Positions 48,307-58,925 of a stretch of 64,000 nt of DNA are shown piece after piece. Below the pieces are notes generated by a model. It saw only the letters and a program-made list of their open reading frames with translations. It was not told the DNA's origin and did no database searches. The translations under genes were made by a program, and so were the position numbers. This stretch comes from Candidatus Moraniibacteriota bacterium (GTDB taxonomy: Bacteria; Patescibacteriota; Minisyncoccia; Moranbacterales; UBA1568). The stretch covers positions 551-64,550 of the forward strand of contig JAUSGT010000001.1 of NCBI GenBank assembly GCA_030648835.1, written 5' to 3'. Every line of letters begins with the position of its first letter. Within the stretch, counting starts at the first letter, position 1.

Positions 48307-49647
48307 ATGAACAAAATTATCATCGATATTGCCGGCATGCACTGCCGTTCCTGCGAACTGGTAACAGAAGACGAGCTTTTGTCGGTGCCGGGCGTGAAGA
48401 AAGTGAAAACTCATTTCCGTTCGGGCGTGGCGGAAGTATTTTATGAAGAGACGCGGCCGGACGTGAAAGCGCTCGAGAGAGCGATACGCAATGCCGGGTA
48501 CGAAGTAGGCAAAGGGGAGAGACCATGGGTGACACACGATGTGGCGGCCTGGGTGGAGATGCTTTTCGCTCTGGGTATCGTCTTTGTGCTTTATGTGATT
48601 GCCAAATCGTTCGGATTGTTCGATATTTCTCTCGGTTCATCCGCGAAGCTCTCCAGTCTTCCATTTGTGCTTCTCTTGGGTTTGGTAGCGGGACTTTCGA
48701 CTTGTATGGCGATGGTGGGCGGATTGGTATTGGCGGTAATGGCGCGTTACAGCGAGATGCACCCGACAGCCGGTGTACGGCAGAAATTCATCCCCAATGT
48801 GTATTTTAACGCGGGACGTGTTTTGGGATTCGCATTTTTTGGTGGGTTGCTGGGGCTTTTTGGTTCGACATTTCAGTTATCGGCGCTTTCCGTCGGGACA
48901 CTGACACTTATCATCGGAGGCGTTATGCTTTTGGTCGGATTCCAACTGTTGGAACTATTTCCACGTCTTTCGGCCTGGAAGCTGACATTGCCGAAAAGCA
49001 TTGCCAAGTTGTTTGGAGTGCAAGCGCATGCCAAAAAAGAATATAGTCACAGTCGAGCGATGTTGCTCGGCGCATTGACGTTTTTCTTGCCGTGCGGATT
49101 CACGCAATTGACGCAACTCTTCGTCGTGACGACTGCTAATCCGTTTGTCGGCGCGCTGACGATGGGAGTGTTCGCTCTGGGGACGGCTCCGGGACTCTTG
49201 GGAATCGGAGGAGTAGCGGCAGCAGCGCAGGGGACATTCAAAAGGTTTTTCTTCAAAACGGCAGGGGTGATCGTCATCGCGCTCGGTATTTTCAATTTCC
49301 AGAACGGATCCGTGTTGGTAAGGCTGGGTTCGGCATCGTCTCAAGGAGTGAGAGAGACGATAATTGGAGCTCCGGCTAAAAATGTGCAGACTATCCGTAT
49401 CACACAGAAGGCGAATGGTTATTTCCCGAAGACACTCACGGTAAAAAAGGGACAGCCGGTGAAGTTGATTGTGGATTCACAGGATTCTTATACATGCGCG
49501 ACGAGTTTTATGATGCCGAAGGCGGGCATCAGGAAGGCGCTTCAGCCGGGAGAAAATGTATTTGAATTCACACCGGATGAATCGGGAGCTATCCCATTCT
49601 CCTGCTCGATGGGGATGTATCGGGGGGTTATCAATGTGGTTGATTAA
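48307..49647 (+). CDS. HMA + DsbD_2/TauE-like membrane domain + cupredoxin fusion
   Basis: [23 protein letters not shown] and [10 protein letters not shown] motifs. Confidence 0.87.
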   Translation: MNKIIIDIAGMHCRSCELVTEDELLSVPGVKKVKTHFRSGVAEVFYEETRPDVKALERAIRNAGYEVGKGERPWVTHDVAAWVEMLFALGIVFVLYVIAKSFGLFDISLGSSAKLSSLPFVLLLGLVAGLSTCMAMVGGLVLAVMARYSEMHPTAGVRQKFIPNVYFNAGRVLGFAFFGGLLGLFGSTFQLSALSVGTLTLIIGGVMLLVGFQLLELFPRLSAWKLTLPKSIAKLFGVQAHAKKEYSHSRAMLLGALTFFLPCGFTQLTQLFVVTTANPFVGALTMGVFALGTAPGLLGIGGVAAAAQGTFKRFFFKTAGVIVIALGIFNFQNGSVLVRLGSASSQGVRETIIGAPAKNVQTIRITQKANGYFPKTLTVKKGQPVKLIVDSQDSYTCATSFMMPKAGIRKALQPGENVFEFTPDESGAIPFSCSMGMYRGVINVVD

Positions 49648-49658
49648 TACATAATTAT

Positions 49659-52070
49659 ATGAACACAACACAATCAGTAGGTACGGAAAAAAGAATAGAC
49701 CTTTCTCTCACGGGGATGCACTGCGCTTCCTGCGCCAATATCATCGAGCGAACTCTGAAAAAAGTGGAAGGCGTGAAGCAAGCACATGTCAATTACGGTA
49801 CGGAAAAAGCCACTATCGTGTTTGACACCGGCCAAGTCAGCGTTTCCGCTTTGCAGGCAGCCGTGAAAGGAGTCGGTTACACGGCGGAAGAAATCAATCC
49901 TAAGGATACCGAATTTGAAAAAAAGAAACGGGAGCGGGTGGAAGGCGAATATCGGCAGAAATTCATTTGGGGGCTGGCGTTTTCTTTGCCGATGTTCTAC
50001 TTTATGTTGTTTGATTTCTTCGGTCTTTGGGGCAAAGAAACATTGTCGCCATATATCGGTGTCATATCGCTTCTTTTGACATTGCCGGTGCAGTTTTGGA
50101 TCGGGGCGGGATTTTATCGTGGCGCGTGGTCATCGCTCAAGATGAAGATGTTCAATATGGATAGCCTCATCGCCATCGGCACGACGACGGCCTTCGCTTA
50201 TAGCACGGTGAACTATTTCCTGTATGTATGGAACAATAATTCTTGGGTCGGACTCTCCGGAGCAAAAATTCCGGAATTGTATTTCGAGACGGCTGCCTTT
50301 CTTATCACATTCGTCACTCTCGGAAAATGGTTGGAAGCACGAACCAAGGGGAAAACATCGGATGCTATCCGCAAATTGATGGGACTGCAAGCCAAGACGG
50401 CGCGCGTAGTACGAAACGGTGCGACGATAGATATACCGGTGGAAGAAGTGGCCCATGGTGATATTGTCGTGGTACGTCCCGGAGAACGGATTCCTGTCGA
50501 CGGAAAACTTACACAGGGGCATTCTGCGATTGATGAATCGATGATTACCGGGGAGAGCATTCCGGTAGAAAAAAATGTTGGTGATACCGTGATTGGCGGA
50601 ACCGTCAATAAGGTAGGGAGTTTTGAATTTGAAGCGACGCGCGTGGGGAGCGAAACGACACTGGCGAATATCGTGCGACTGGTTGAAGAAGCACAAGGGT
50701 CGAAAGCACCCATTCAGGATTTTGCTGACCGAATATCGATGTGGTTTGTACCGGCGGTTATCATTGTTGCGATACTGACCTTTGTCGTCTGGTATGTGCT
50801 GCTCGGATCGACACTCTCATTCGCGCTTATGGCATTCACGGCGGTGATCGTTATTGCTTGTCCGTGCGCATTGGGATTGGCAACACCGACGGCCCTTATG
50901 GTGGGGACGGGCAAAGGAGCGGAGAACGGCATTCTTATCAAAGGGGGCATTCCGCTTGAGGCGACGAGAAATATTACGGCTATCATTTTCGATAAGACAG
51001 GAACGATTACCGAAGGGAAGCCGGTAGTGACAGAAATTCTTTCTTTTGGCGCGTTTGAGAAAAATAAAATTCTTGAATCAGCCGCGGCGCTGGAGAGGCA
51101 ATCCGAGCATCCTTTGGCGGAAGCGATCTACACCTACGCGGAAGGGCAAAAACTGATTCTTCCGCATGTGAGTGATTTTCAGGCTATGCCGGGCAAAGGT
51201 GTGCGTGGCAGAGTGGCGGATACGGAATACTTTTTCGGGAACAAAAAACTGGTAAAGGACAGTGGGATCGTTCTCTCGGAAGAAGTGGAGCAAAAAATTT
51301 CTTTGCTTGAAACGCGGGGGAATACCGTTATGTATCTTATGTCCAAGACAGAGGTCCTCGGGGCTATCGCCGTGGCGGATACGGTGAAAGAAACATCGAA
51401 AGTTGCGGTCGAGCAACTGAAAAAAATTGGCCTGGAAGTATGGATGATCACCGGCGATAATGAGCGGACGGCGCGGGCTATTGCGAGTGAGGTCGGCATT
51501 GAAAACGTGATGGCAGGGGTGCTTCCGGAAGAGAAGTCCGCCAAAGTGAAAGAACTGCAAGCGCAGGGAAAGAAGGTAGCGATGGTTGGTGATGGTATCA
51601 ATGATGCCCCAGCGTTGGCACAAGCGGACCTCGGTATCGCGATGGGAGCGGGAACGGACGTGGCGATGGAAACCGGTGGTATCGTGCTTATGAAAAACGA
51701 TTTGCGTGACGTAGTGACGGCCTTCGAACTGTCAAAAGAGACCATGGATAAGATCAAACAGAATCTTTTCTTCGCGTTGTTTTACAACGTGATGGGGATT
51801 CCGATTGCCGCGCGCGTGTTCATCGGGCTTGGTTTGGTCTTGAAGCCGGAGCTGGCGGGTTTGGCTATGGCGTTTTCGTCGGTATCGGTGGTGGGCAATT
51901 CACTCCTTCTCAGATTTTTTCGTCCCGGCAAGAAAAACTGGGTGTCCTTTGTCGCACCTCTTGTGATGATTTCCCTCTTCTCTTTCTTATTTTTTCAATT
52001 CGCTCGTTTGAGTAGCGCCCAGGATATGAATGGAGGAAAAACAATCGAAGTCAGAGCGAATAATGAGTAA
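49659..52070 (+). CDS. copA: Copper-translocating P1B-type ATPase
   Basis: [41 protein letters not shown] and MAFSS motifs. Confidence 0.95.
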   Translation: MNTTQSVGTEKRIDLSLTGMHCASCANIIERTLKKVEGVKQAHVNYGTEKATIVFDTGQVSVSALQAAVKGVGYTAEEINPKDTEFEKKKRERVEGEYRQKFIWGLAFSLPMFYFMLFDFFGLWGKETLSPYIGVISLLLTLPVQFWIGAGFYRGAWSSLKMKMFNMDSLIAIGTTTAFAYSTVNYFLYVWNNNSWVGLSGAKIPELYFETAAFLITFVTLGKWLEARTKGKTSDAIRKLMGLQAKTARVVRNGATIDIPVEEVAHGDIVVVRPGERIPVDGKLTQGHSAIDESMITGESIPVEKNVGDTVIGGTVNKVGSFEFEATRVGSETTLANIVRLVEEAQGSKAPIQDFADRISMWFVPAVIIVAILTFVVWYVLLGSTLSFALMAFTAVIVIACPCALGLATPTALMVGTGKGAENGILIKGGIPLEATRNITAIIFDKTGTITEGKPVVTEILSFGAFEKNKILESAAALERQSEHPLAEAIYTYAEGQKLILPHVSDFQAMPGKGVRGRVADTEYFFGNKKLVKDSGIVLSEEVEQKISLLETRGNTVMYLMSKTEVLGAIAVADTVKETSKVAVEQLKKIGLEVWMITGDNERTARAIASEVGIENVMAGVLPEEKSAKVKELQAQGKKVAMVGDGINDAPALAQADLGIAMGAGTDVAMETGGIVLMKNDLRDVVTAFELSKETMDKIKQNLFFALFYNVMGIPIAARVFIGLGLVLKPELAGLAMAFSSVSVVGNSLLLRFFRPGKKNWVSFVAPLVMISLFSFLFFQFARLSSAQDMNGGKTIEVRANNE

Positions 52071-52079
52071 AATATTCAT

Positions 52080-52622
52080 ATGGTTCAGAAAAAAATTCTC
52101 TTGTACACAGGTGTAGTAGTTGTCGTGTTGGCAATTGCCGGAGGAATGGCATTCTCCCGTTCTACAGGGGGGCCCGGAGGAAAAGACACAATCGGTATTT
52201 CTCAACCAACTGTGTCAGATACGTCCGAACAAGCTATCCCGGCAGTGATAGAACGCCAGGCAACGGTTTATAAGGAGGCGACGTGCGGATGTTGTCTGGG
52301 CTATGTTGCCGAGCTAAAAAAACAAGGATTCACAGTGGATGTGAAATCTCTGGGAGATGAAGATATGACCGCCGTAAAAGAACGGTATGGTATTTCGGAA
52401 GACAAGCAAAGCTGCCATACGACGATCATCGGAGATTATTTCATCGAAGGGCATGTACCGATAGAGGCGGTAGAGAAATTGTTGATCGAAAAACCGAAGA
52501 TCGCCGGTATCGGGTTGCCCGGGATGCCGCTCGGAACACCGGGGATGCCCGGCGTGAAACAAGTCCCCTATGAGATATATGAAAAAGCGGGAGACACATT
52601 CTCGGAATTTATGAAGCTGTAA
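52080..52622 (+). CDS. DUF411/CopG-like metal-binding protein
   Basis: TCGCC, SCHT, IEGHVP and PGMPLGTPGM motifs. Confidence 0.85.
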   Translation: MVQKKILLYTGVVVVVLAIAGGMAFSRSTGGPGGKDTIGISQPTVSDTSEQAIPAVIERQATVYKEATCGCCLGYVAELKKQGFTVDVKSLGDEDMTAVKERYGISEDKQSCHTTIIGDYFIEGHVPIEAVEKLLIEKPKIAGIGLPGMPLGTPGMPGVKQVPYEIYEKAGDTFSEFMKL

Positions 52623-52628
52623 CAATCA

Positions 52629-53207
52629 ATGAAAAAATTGATTATCATTCTTCTCATACTGGGCCTTATGGAAGGGATCGTCTGGTGGGTGTATCGCAGC
52701 TTTACTTCTGAAGATGCCGCTCCTGATACGCAAAAAACAGTTGAGCAGAGCCAGGACAAATCTTCGGTTGAATCAAGTCAAAACAGGACAGAAGGAATTT
52801 CTCAACAGGAAGAAAAGCCTGATCCTGAAGAAAAAATTGTCCCGATCGAGGATGCCCCGCCCACAGTGGTACCGGGAAAAGACTGGAATGCAGGAAATTT
52901 CCCTCCGCCGAGCACGGAGGTAGTCAATGGAGTAACGGAACGGACTATTCATATAGGCGTGCGACAGTGGGCGTGGGATCCGCCGACAATCGTAGCAAAG
53001 AAAAGCGAACTGGTGCGGTTTGTTATTCACAATGCCGATGTAAAGCACGGATTGGTTATTCCCGATCTCGGGGTGAATCAGGATATTCCCGAAGATGGCG
53101 CCGTGGTAGAATTTATTGCGAGCAAGGTGGGGACATTTGAATTTTTCTGTTCGGTTTGGTGCGGTGAAGGTCACATGGAAATGCGGGGGAAGATTGTCGT
53201 TGAGTGA
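52629..53207 (+). CDS. Membrane-anchored cupredoxin with CuA-type motif
   Basis: DVKHG and CSVWCGEGHMEM. Confidence 0.8.
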   Translation: MKKLIIILLILGLMEGIVWWVYRSFTSEDAAPDTQKTVEQSQDKSSVESSQNRTEGISQQEEKPDPEEKIVPIEDAPPTVVPGKDWNAGNFPPPSTEVVNGVTERTIHIGVRQWAWDPPTIVAKKSELVRFVIHNADVKHGLVIPDLGVNQDIPEDGAVVEFIASKVGTFEFFCSVWCGEGHMEMRGKIVVE

Positions 53208-53272
53208 GAGTATACGAGCCTATTAAAAAGTGATATACTGTAGAATACCGTTAAATAACTGATGATAATCTT

Positions 53273-53860
53273 ATGAACAAGCTGTATCGTTACGCGTTTT
53301 TATTTGTTGTTTTGGCGGTTGGGTTACCGGTACATGCACAGGTGGCAGACAATACTGCGGCGAAGACTGGTGTGAGTGAAATAATGCAGGAAGAAGCGGA
53401 AGGAAAAGCAATTTGGGACAAGCTACAGAACAAACAGATAAATTGCAAAGATGTTGAAGATGATGGTTTCGATGTTCTTGGAGAATTTTTTTTCGGCAAT
53501 ATGATGGGAATCAGCCACGATACTATGAATAAAATGATGGAACAGCGGTTGGGGAAAGAGGGAGAGAAGCAAATGCATATAGCAATGGGCAAAAGACTGA
53601 GCGGATGCGAGACGGCAGCTGCCTTTCCTCAAGGCGCGAGCTATTTCGCGCCTATGATGGGATTTGGGAATATGATGGGAAATAACGTAGGAAATGTTTC
53701 ATCGGGGACGAGAGGCACTTGGGCAGGGGGTATGATGGGATATGGATATGGGAACAATCTGTCGGGTGGCTTTGGTTTTCTTTGTTTATTGACGTGGGGC
53801 GCGTTGCTCACATTTCTTGCGCTTGGGAGCGCTTTCTTTTGGAAAGGACTTAAGAAATAA
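53273..53860 (+). CDS. Exported Met-rich hypothetical protein with C-terminal TM
   Basis: Signal peptide, MMG repeats and HDTMNKMM. Confidence 0.7.
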   Translation: MNKLYRYAFLFVVLAVGLPVHAQVADNTAAKTGVSEIMQEEAEGKAIWDKLQNKQINCKDVEDDGFDVLGEFFFGNMMGISHDTMNKMMEQRLGKEGEKQMHIAMGKRLSGCETAAAFPQGASYFAPMMGFGNMMGNNVGNVSSGTRGTWAGGMMGYGYGNNLSGGFGFLCLLTWGALLTFLALGSAFFWKGLKK

Positions 53861-53871
53861 TCCTTAGCAGT

Positions 53872-54267
53872 ATGGACACGACAAACTATGGATTTAGCCG
53901 TGTCGTGACGCTCTCGTTTACGGAGGCAGTTACGGCAGTGAAAGCTGCCCTCGCCAAGGAGGGGTTTGGTCAGTTGACCGAGATCGATGTGCAGGCTAAA
54001 TTGAAAGAGAAAGTGGGAGCAGATATGGAACCGTATGTGATTCTGGGGATGTGTAAACCTCAGTTGGCACATCAAGCACTTCTTATAGAAACTGAGATCG
54101 GTTTGCTTTTGCCGTGCAATGTTATCGTGTATGAGAAAGGCGGTAGCGTACATGTCGCGGCCCAGAAGCCGAGTCTTATGTCGCAAGTCGTAGGGAAAGA
54201 AGCATTGAAGGCAGTGGCCGATGAAGCAGAGAAGCATATTCTCGCGGCGTTGGATTCTATTACGTAG
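53872..54267 (+). CDS. DUF302 family protein
   Basis: EGFG.LTEIDV, YVILGMC and LLLPCNV motifs. Confidence 0.88.
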   Translation: MDTTNYGFSRVVTLSFTEAVTAVKAALAKEGFGQLTEIDVQAKLKEKVGADMEPYVILGMCKPQLAHQALLIETEIGLLLPCNVIVYEKGGSVHVAAQKPSLMSQVVGKEALKAVADEAEKHILAALDSIT

Positions 54268-54291
54268 TAAATAATTATTAAATACAAGAGT

Positions 54292-54540
54292 ATGATGGGA
54301 AGCTATTTTGGAGGCGGGTATGGGTTTGGAGGATTTGGGTTTATTTTTATGATTCTTTTTTGGGGATTGATTGTCTGGGCTATTATCGCGGGCGTGAGAA
54401 TGGTGTCCGGTAAGGAGGGGCATTCATGCTGTGGCGGGACAAAAGGGGACGAGGCTCAAAAGGTGCTCCGCGCGCGCTATGCTAAAGGGGAAATCACCAA
54501 GGAACAGTTTGACCAGATGAGAAAAGATCTGGGCGCGTAG
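54292..54540 (+). CDS. SHOCT domain membrane protein
   Basis: MMG..G-rich TM segment and LRARYAKGEITKEQF. Confidence 0.85.
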   Translation: MMGSYFGGGYGFGGFGFIFMILFWGLIVWAIIAGVRMVSGKEGHSCCGGTKGDEAQKVLRARYAKGEITKEQFDQMRKDLGA

Positions 54541-54585
54541 ATTGCACGGTAGAATCGAACGGGGTAGAATAGGGGGGGGTGCGTA

Positions 54586-55164
54586 ATGGATTACGCGTTT
54601 TTCTTTGTGTTTTTTGCAGTCACTATGGGAGATAAAGCGTCCGAACAAATTTTCTTTTCACTCTATGAGAGCCAATCGGATGCTCTCTTTCGTTTCGTTT
54701 TTTTCCGAGTGAGTGACCGTGAAGCGGCCAAAGATATCGTTCAAGAAGCCTTTCTCAAAATGTGGGAGACGCTTTCTTCGGGCCGAGACATAAAAAACAA
54801 TCGAGCGTTTCTTTTTCGGATTGCTTCCAATCTTGTGATTGACCGCTATCGGAAAGCCAAAGAATATTCTCTGGATAGTCTGGCCGAACAAGGTTTTGAT
54901 GCTCCGGATGATCCCGGGATACCGATTGAGGCCAAGATCGATACCGATCAAGCACTGGAAATCCTTCAGAGTCTCCCGGACAAGTTTCACGAGGCGGTCT
55001 GGCTCAGAATGGTGGAAGAATGGTCGGTGCAGGATATTGCAGCGCTCTTGGACGAGACACAGAACGCGGTATCCGTCCGTATCCATCGCGGGCTCAAGCT
55101 TTGGCGCAAGCGCCTGAGCGAAGCCACCGGTAAGAAACCCGGTCTTGAAACGTCATCAGATTGA
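54586..55164 (+). CDS. ECF sigma factor
   Basis: AKDIVQEAFLKMW, FLFRIASNLVID and NAVSVRIHRG. The real start may be ATG 54625. Confidence 0.9.
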   Translation: MDYAFFFVFFAVTMGDKASEQIFFSLYESQSDALFRFVFFRVSDREAAKDIVQEAFLKMWETLSSGRDIKNNRAFLFRIASNLVIDRYRKAKEYSLDSLAEQGFDAPDDPGIPIEAKIDTDQALEILQSLPDKFHEAVWLRMVEEWSVQDIAALLDETQNAVSVRIHRGLKLWRKRLSEATGKKPGLETSSD

Positions 55165-56072
55165 AGTATTATATGTATAAAAACAGTCAAAACATGAGTA
55201 TCGGAGAGGGTGAGCGCGAAGCGTTTGTTTTGCTTCGTTCGCAGAGACTCTCGGTTGAGGAAAAAAGTGTGATGAGAAAAGCGCTCCAAACGTCGATGAA
55301 CCAGGTAAAAACAGTTGTTTCGCAGCCGGAGCGTCGAACAATTGGTTTCTTCTCGTTTTTTCTGGGACGCTCATTTGCGGTATCGGCGCTCTCTCTCATA
55401 CTTATTGTTGGGAGCAGTTTTGGCGTTGCGAGAGCCGCGGAGCGGGCGCTTCCGGGCGAGACTCTTTATCCGGTGAAGATCAAGGTGAACGAGCCATTCA
55501 TGGCGAGTTTCAAATATTCCGATACGGCGCGCAGAGAGTGGGAACACGAGCGGGTGGAGCGGAGAATGGCGGAGGCTGAAGCGCTTGCAGAGGAGGGGCG
55601 GCTCGGCGAGGACGAGAAAAACGAAATTGAACAGCAACTCTCCGAACGGCGAAAAACACTCGAAGAGATTGAGGGGCGTGATCTTGATGATGATGAATTC
55701 ATCCCGCAGCAGGCCGGAGACAAGACCAAGAAAACCCGAGTGCGTTTCGAACGTCAAGAAAATGAAGTTCGCGCTCATATTGAGGAACAAGACAGCGATG
55801 ATGAGAGTGACGAAAATGAAGAAGCTCGTTCATCATCCGAAAAACGCACTGACGGAGAAATGGAACAAAAAAGAGGGAATGAAGAAAGTAAATCGAATTC
55901 GAAAGTGGCAACGGACAGACAAAAAACTTCAGATCAGAAAAGAGGGGAAGAGAGCAATAGTAAGAGTTCTTCTTCCAGTCAAAATAGCTCATCTGATGAT
56001 CAAGAATCCGGACAAGATAGTACTGAGCAGGATGGTGGAGGGGATGGTAGTGACGTCGAGGAAAACCAATAG
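55161..56072 (+). CDS. DUF5667-like membrane protein with acidic tail (putative anti-sigma)
   Basis: TM followed by ALPGETLYPVK; overlaps the sigma gene stop. Confidence 0.75.
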   Translation: MKYYMYKNSQNMSIGEGEREAFVLLRSQRLSVEEKSVMRKALQTSMNQVKTVVSQPERRTIGFFSFFLGRSFAVSALSLILIVGSSFGVARAAERALPGETLYPVKIKVNEPFMASFKYSDTARREWEHERVERRMAEAEALAEEGRLGEDEKNEIEQQLSERRKTLEEIEGRDLDDDEFIPQQAGDKTKKTRVRFERQENEVRAHIEEQDSDDESDENEEARSSSEKRTDGEMEQKRGNEESKSNSKVATDRQKTSDQKRGEESNSKSSSSSQNSSSDDQESGQDSTEQDGGGDGSDVEENQ

Positions 56073-56141
56073 GGATGAATGTTGTGTAAGATTCTCTACC
56101 GAGTGGCGTCTCAGGTAGTGTAATCAGTAACACATAAAGAT

Positions 56142-56564
56142 ATGCAGGTAAATAAAAACATTGTCGGATTGGCAGTGGCGGTAGTGGGGCTGACACTTGC
56201 GGCGCAAGTTCCGGGAGTTTTGGCTCAAGGCGGAGAGAACAACCGGTCGGAACAGAGTCCAATTTCCGAGGCGGCCGTAGCCATCAGTGAAGCGCGGGCT
56301 ATTGAGATTGCCCAAGGAGAGCTTCCTGGTACTGTGAGGAAAGCTCATCTTGATATGGAGCGAGGCACAGCCACTTGGAAGGTTCGTATTATTTCGGCTG
56401 ATGGTTTCCAACGGGGTAGTTTCCGGATTGATGCCAACACTGGCGCTCTCCTGAAGTCCATAATCAAACCGATTGGGATCAAACATGCTGATCGAGGAGA
56501 CAAATTTGAAAAGAAGGGACGACATCTTGGAGAAAGAAATCGCTGGTTTGAGTCGAGACGCTAA
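56142..56564 (+). CDS. PepSY domain protein
   Basis: ISEARAIEIA...IDANTG motif after a signal peptide. Confidence 0.8.
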   Translation: MQVNKNIVGLAVAVVGLTLAAQVPGVLAQGGENNRSEQSPISEAAVAISEARAIEIAQGELPGTVRKAHLDMERGTATWKVRIISADGFQRGSFRIDANTGALLKSIIKPIGIKHADRGDKFEKKGRHLGERNRWFESRR

Positions 56565-56641
56565 CGTAGGGGGCAGAAAAATTGAATAACGAGAAAAATC
56601 CCCGGAAATTCTCCGGGGTTTTTGTTTTGTCTTTACTCATG

Positions 56642-57148
56642 TTATTTCTTTTTATCTTCGAGTTCGCGAATTTCTTGCAAGAGCTCCCTCAGGATATTTT
56701 CAATATGGTAAATTTTTTCTTGGTCATGCTGATGTTTGAGGGCTGATTCCTCATCCCCTTTTTCCAATTCTTCACCGAGGTCATCCACATCCTCACTGAT
56801 TTCTTCCACGTCTTCTTGGATGACATCAATATCTTTGGAAATTTCTTCCACATCTTCGGAAATGTCCTCCACATCCTGGCTGACCTCGGTCAGTTTGTGG
56901 GCCTGGCGGTTGACGGTCATCTGGATGAAGATCGAGAGATAGATAGCTTCGAGTGAGACGACGGTGGTGAGAATGAGCATAATTTGGTCGAAGCTGAATC
57001 CGAGCCATTGTAGCGAAAAAATTCCCACAAAAAAAACGGTATGTAAGACCAAGGAAGTGAGCGACCCTATATGCTGCGTTGTGGTAAGCGCGAGGTGCTC
57101 AAGCCGCAAAGAGGGTTTTCGTAGATTGTTTCTTGGTGGATGATCCAT
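56642..57148 (-). CDS. DUF1003-like membrane protein with acidic coiled coil
   Basis: LTTVVSLEAIYLSIFIQM and heptad EDVEEIS repeats. Confidence 0.8.
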   Translation of the reverse strand: MDHPPRNNLRKPSLRLEHLALTTTQHIGSLTSLVLHTVFFVGIFSLQWLGFSFDQIMLILTTVVSLEAIYLSIFIQMTVNRQAHKLTEVSQDVEDISEDVEEISKDIDVIQEDVEEISEDVDDLGEELEKGDEESALKHQHDQEKIYHIENILRELLQEIRELEDKKK

Positions 57149-57266
57149 TATATTTTCAGTATAATTGCTTTTCTTTTTTTTGGAAAGAAAATTACCCCTG
57201 TTTGCCCGGTGTGTGGGGGTATAGTCCGAGGGTGTATAATAAAAAAGAGATATATAACCTATTTTT

Positions 57267-57551
57267 ATGAAAAATATATTTGAAAGTAACGCTGTTAAAG
57301 TTGAAGACGCAGGAAATCAGTTGACCCAATTCAGCTACTTTACAGATATTGATCAGATAAGAAAATTGATAGAGGAAACCAATTTTAGTACGCTTGAAGA
57401 GTATCTTGGTAAGTCAACAGCTGAACTGGACTCCGTGAAACCCGGAATCTGTGCCAAATACAATAGTCTTATCGTAGAGTTAAAGAACCCCGATCTCTCT
57501 TTTGAGAATTTTCAAGCGATTATGAAGAAAACATTTGAGTTGGTGCGGTAG
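57267..57551 (+). CDS. Hypothetical protein
   Basis: 94-codon ORF downstream of TGTATAAT; no recognised motif. Confidence 0.55.
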   Translation: MKNIFESNAVKVEDAGNQLTQFSYFTDIDQIRKLIEETNFSTLEEYLGKSTAELDSVKPGICAKYNSLIVELKNPDLSFENFQAIMKKTFELVR

Positions 57552-57609
57552 AGGGTGTGCCTTCTTGTGCCTCTATGAGTAGGGTTTTTGCAACCCGGTT
57601 TTCTCGTGT

Positions 57610-58746
57610 ATGATAGGGATACAACTAAGTAATATTTGGACGTTTCACGTCCAAATGGTAGGTGGTATGTCTTTTATGGAAACGGCCGATACGCTGAACA
57701 AGGCACTAAATAGCTCTCTTGGAGTGTTTCTTATCTCGGATCCGAGTGGGACGGCTCTGTATGCCAACTTGGCTACCGAGAAACGCACAGGGTTTTCCGT
57801 GGGGGAGATCATCGGCAAGGCGCCGGGGAAACTCTGGGGTGGTCAGATGCCTCGGGCCTTCTACAACAAATTGTGGGCGACGATCGGGGAGAAGCAGATA
57901 CCATTCGTGGCGACGGTGACGAACGTGCGCAAGGACAAGGCACGCTATCCGGAACTTATGGCTATCGCGCCAATCATCGGAAAGGGGAAAAAGACACCGG
58001 ACTATTTTATCGCTTTTGAAATGAGCCATTTGGAAGGCAAAGCGCCTCGGGAACGCTTCGAGCGTGAGTTTCAAAAGGTTTTTTCCAAAAAGGGGGCTCT
58101 GAACGATGAAGATCGATTGCGTTATATATTACAGACGCTTGGTTCCAAGCATGCGGCGCCGAGAATGGAAGGGAAATCACTGCCGGAAATTTTTCGGGAA
58201 ACGTTGGTAGGGCCATTCGAAGAGCGTTTTCGGGCCCGGAAAGTCGATCATGAGCTCATTTTGGCCGCCCAGACGGATCCGAAGCAGTTTCAAGCGTTGT
58301 ACAACAAATATCGGCATACGATTTTTGTTTATTTCATGCGGCACGCCGAGGGCAATATCGAGATTGCCGAGGATTTGGCCCAGGACACGTTCTATCGGGC
58401 GCTTCGGTACTTGGAGAACTTCCGCCTCACCAACGCGTCGTACGGCACCTATTTGCTGCGTGTGGCGCACAACGTGCTCATCAATTATTTCCGTAAGAAG
58501 CAGTTTCTCTCCATCATTGATGAAACCATCCTGGACAAGGTTACGCCGGAAGTTTGTCAGCTTTCTGAAGACACACTCTGGCAATCGCCGAGTCTCCTCA
58601 CAACCGAGCGCAAGGTGCTCTCAATGAAGTATCAAGAGGGCTTTTCGATTCATGAAATAGCCACTATGTTGGGGAAGAGCGAGAATGCCGTAAAGCTCCA
58701 TTTGAGCCGGGCTCGGAAGAAACTCCGCAATACTCTTATAGGGTAA
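57610..58746 (+). CDS. PAS domain-ECF sigma factor fusion
   Basis: PAS segment (ISDPSG..LYAN.....TGFS..EIIG...NVRKD), sigma region 2 AEDLAQDTF and region 4 SENAVKLHLSRAR. The start is uncertain. Confidence 0.85.
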   Translation: MIGIQLSNIWTFHVQMVGGMSFMETADTLNKALNSSLGVFLISDPSGTALYANLATEKRTGFSVGEIIGKAPGKLWGGQMPRAFYNKLWATIGEKQIPFVATVTNVRKDKARYPELMAIAPIIGKGKKTPDYFIAFEMSHLEGKAPRERFEREFQKVFSKKGALNDEDRLRYILQTLGSKHAAPRMEGKSLPEIFRETLVGPFEERFRARKVDHELILAAQTDPKQFQALYNKYRHTIFVYFMRHAEGNIEIAEDLAQDTFYRALRYLENFRLTNASYGTYLLRVAHNVLINYFRKKQFLSIIDETILDKVTPEVCQLSEDTLWQSPSLLTTERKVLSMKYQEGFSIHEIATMLGKSENAVKLHLSRARKKLRNTLIG

Positions 58747-58784
58747 GTGAGAGAAAGCCGTTTTCTCCGATAAAAAGTGAAAAT

Positions 58785-58800
58785 CTACCAGATATTGTGG
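58785..58800. promoter_or_regulatory. Possible NrdR box
   Basis: CTACCAGATATTGTGG resembles the NrdR consensus and lies upstream of nrdD. Confidence 0.45.
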
Positions 58801-58925
58801 TTTTGGGTGTCGCGATGACACCTTTTCTGTTTTCAGGTGTTTAACTCTATGCAAGAGAAAAACGCTTCGGGGGAAGTCGTTTTTTCTTCTCTCAATAACC
58901 GATAATTAAAACAAAAAACGCGCTT

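Noticed and set aside
56760-56890. 21-bp periodic repeats
   Set aside because: They encode the acidic heptad coiled coil (EDVEEIS) of the DUF1003-like protein.
42975-57600. Prophage or integrative element inserted at tRNA-Asp
   Set aside because: No integrase, phage genes or duplicated tRNA 3' end were found in the window.
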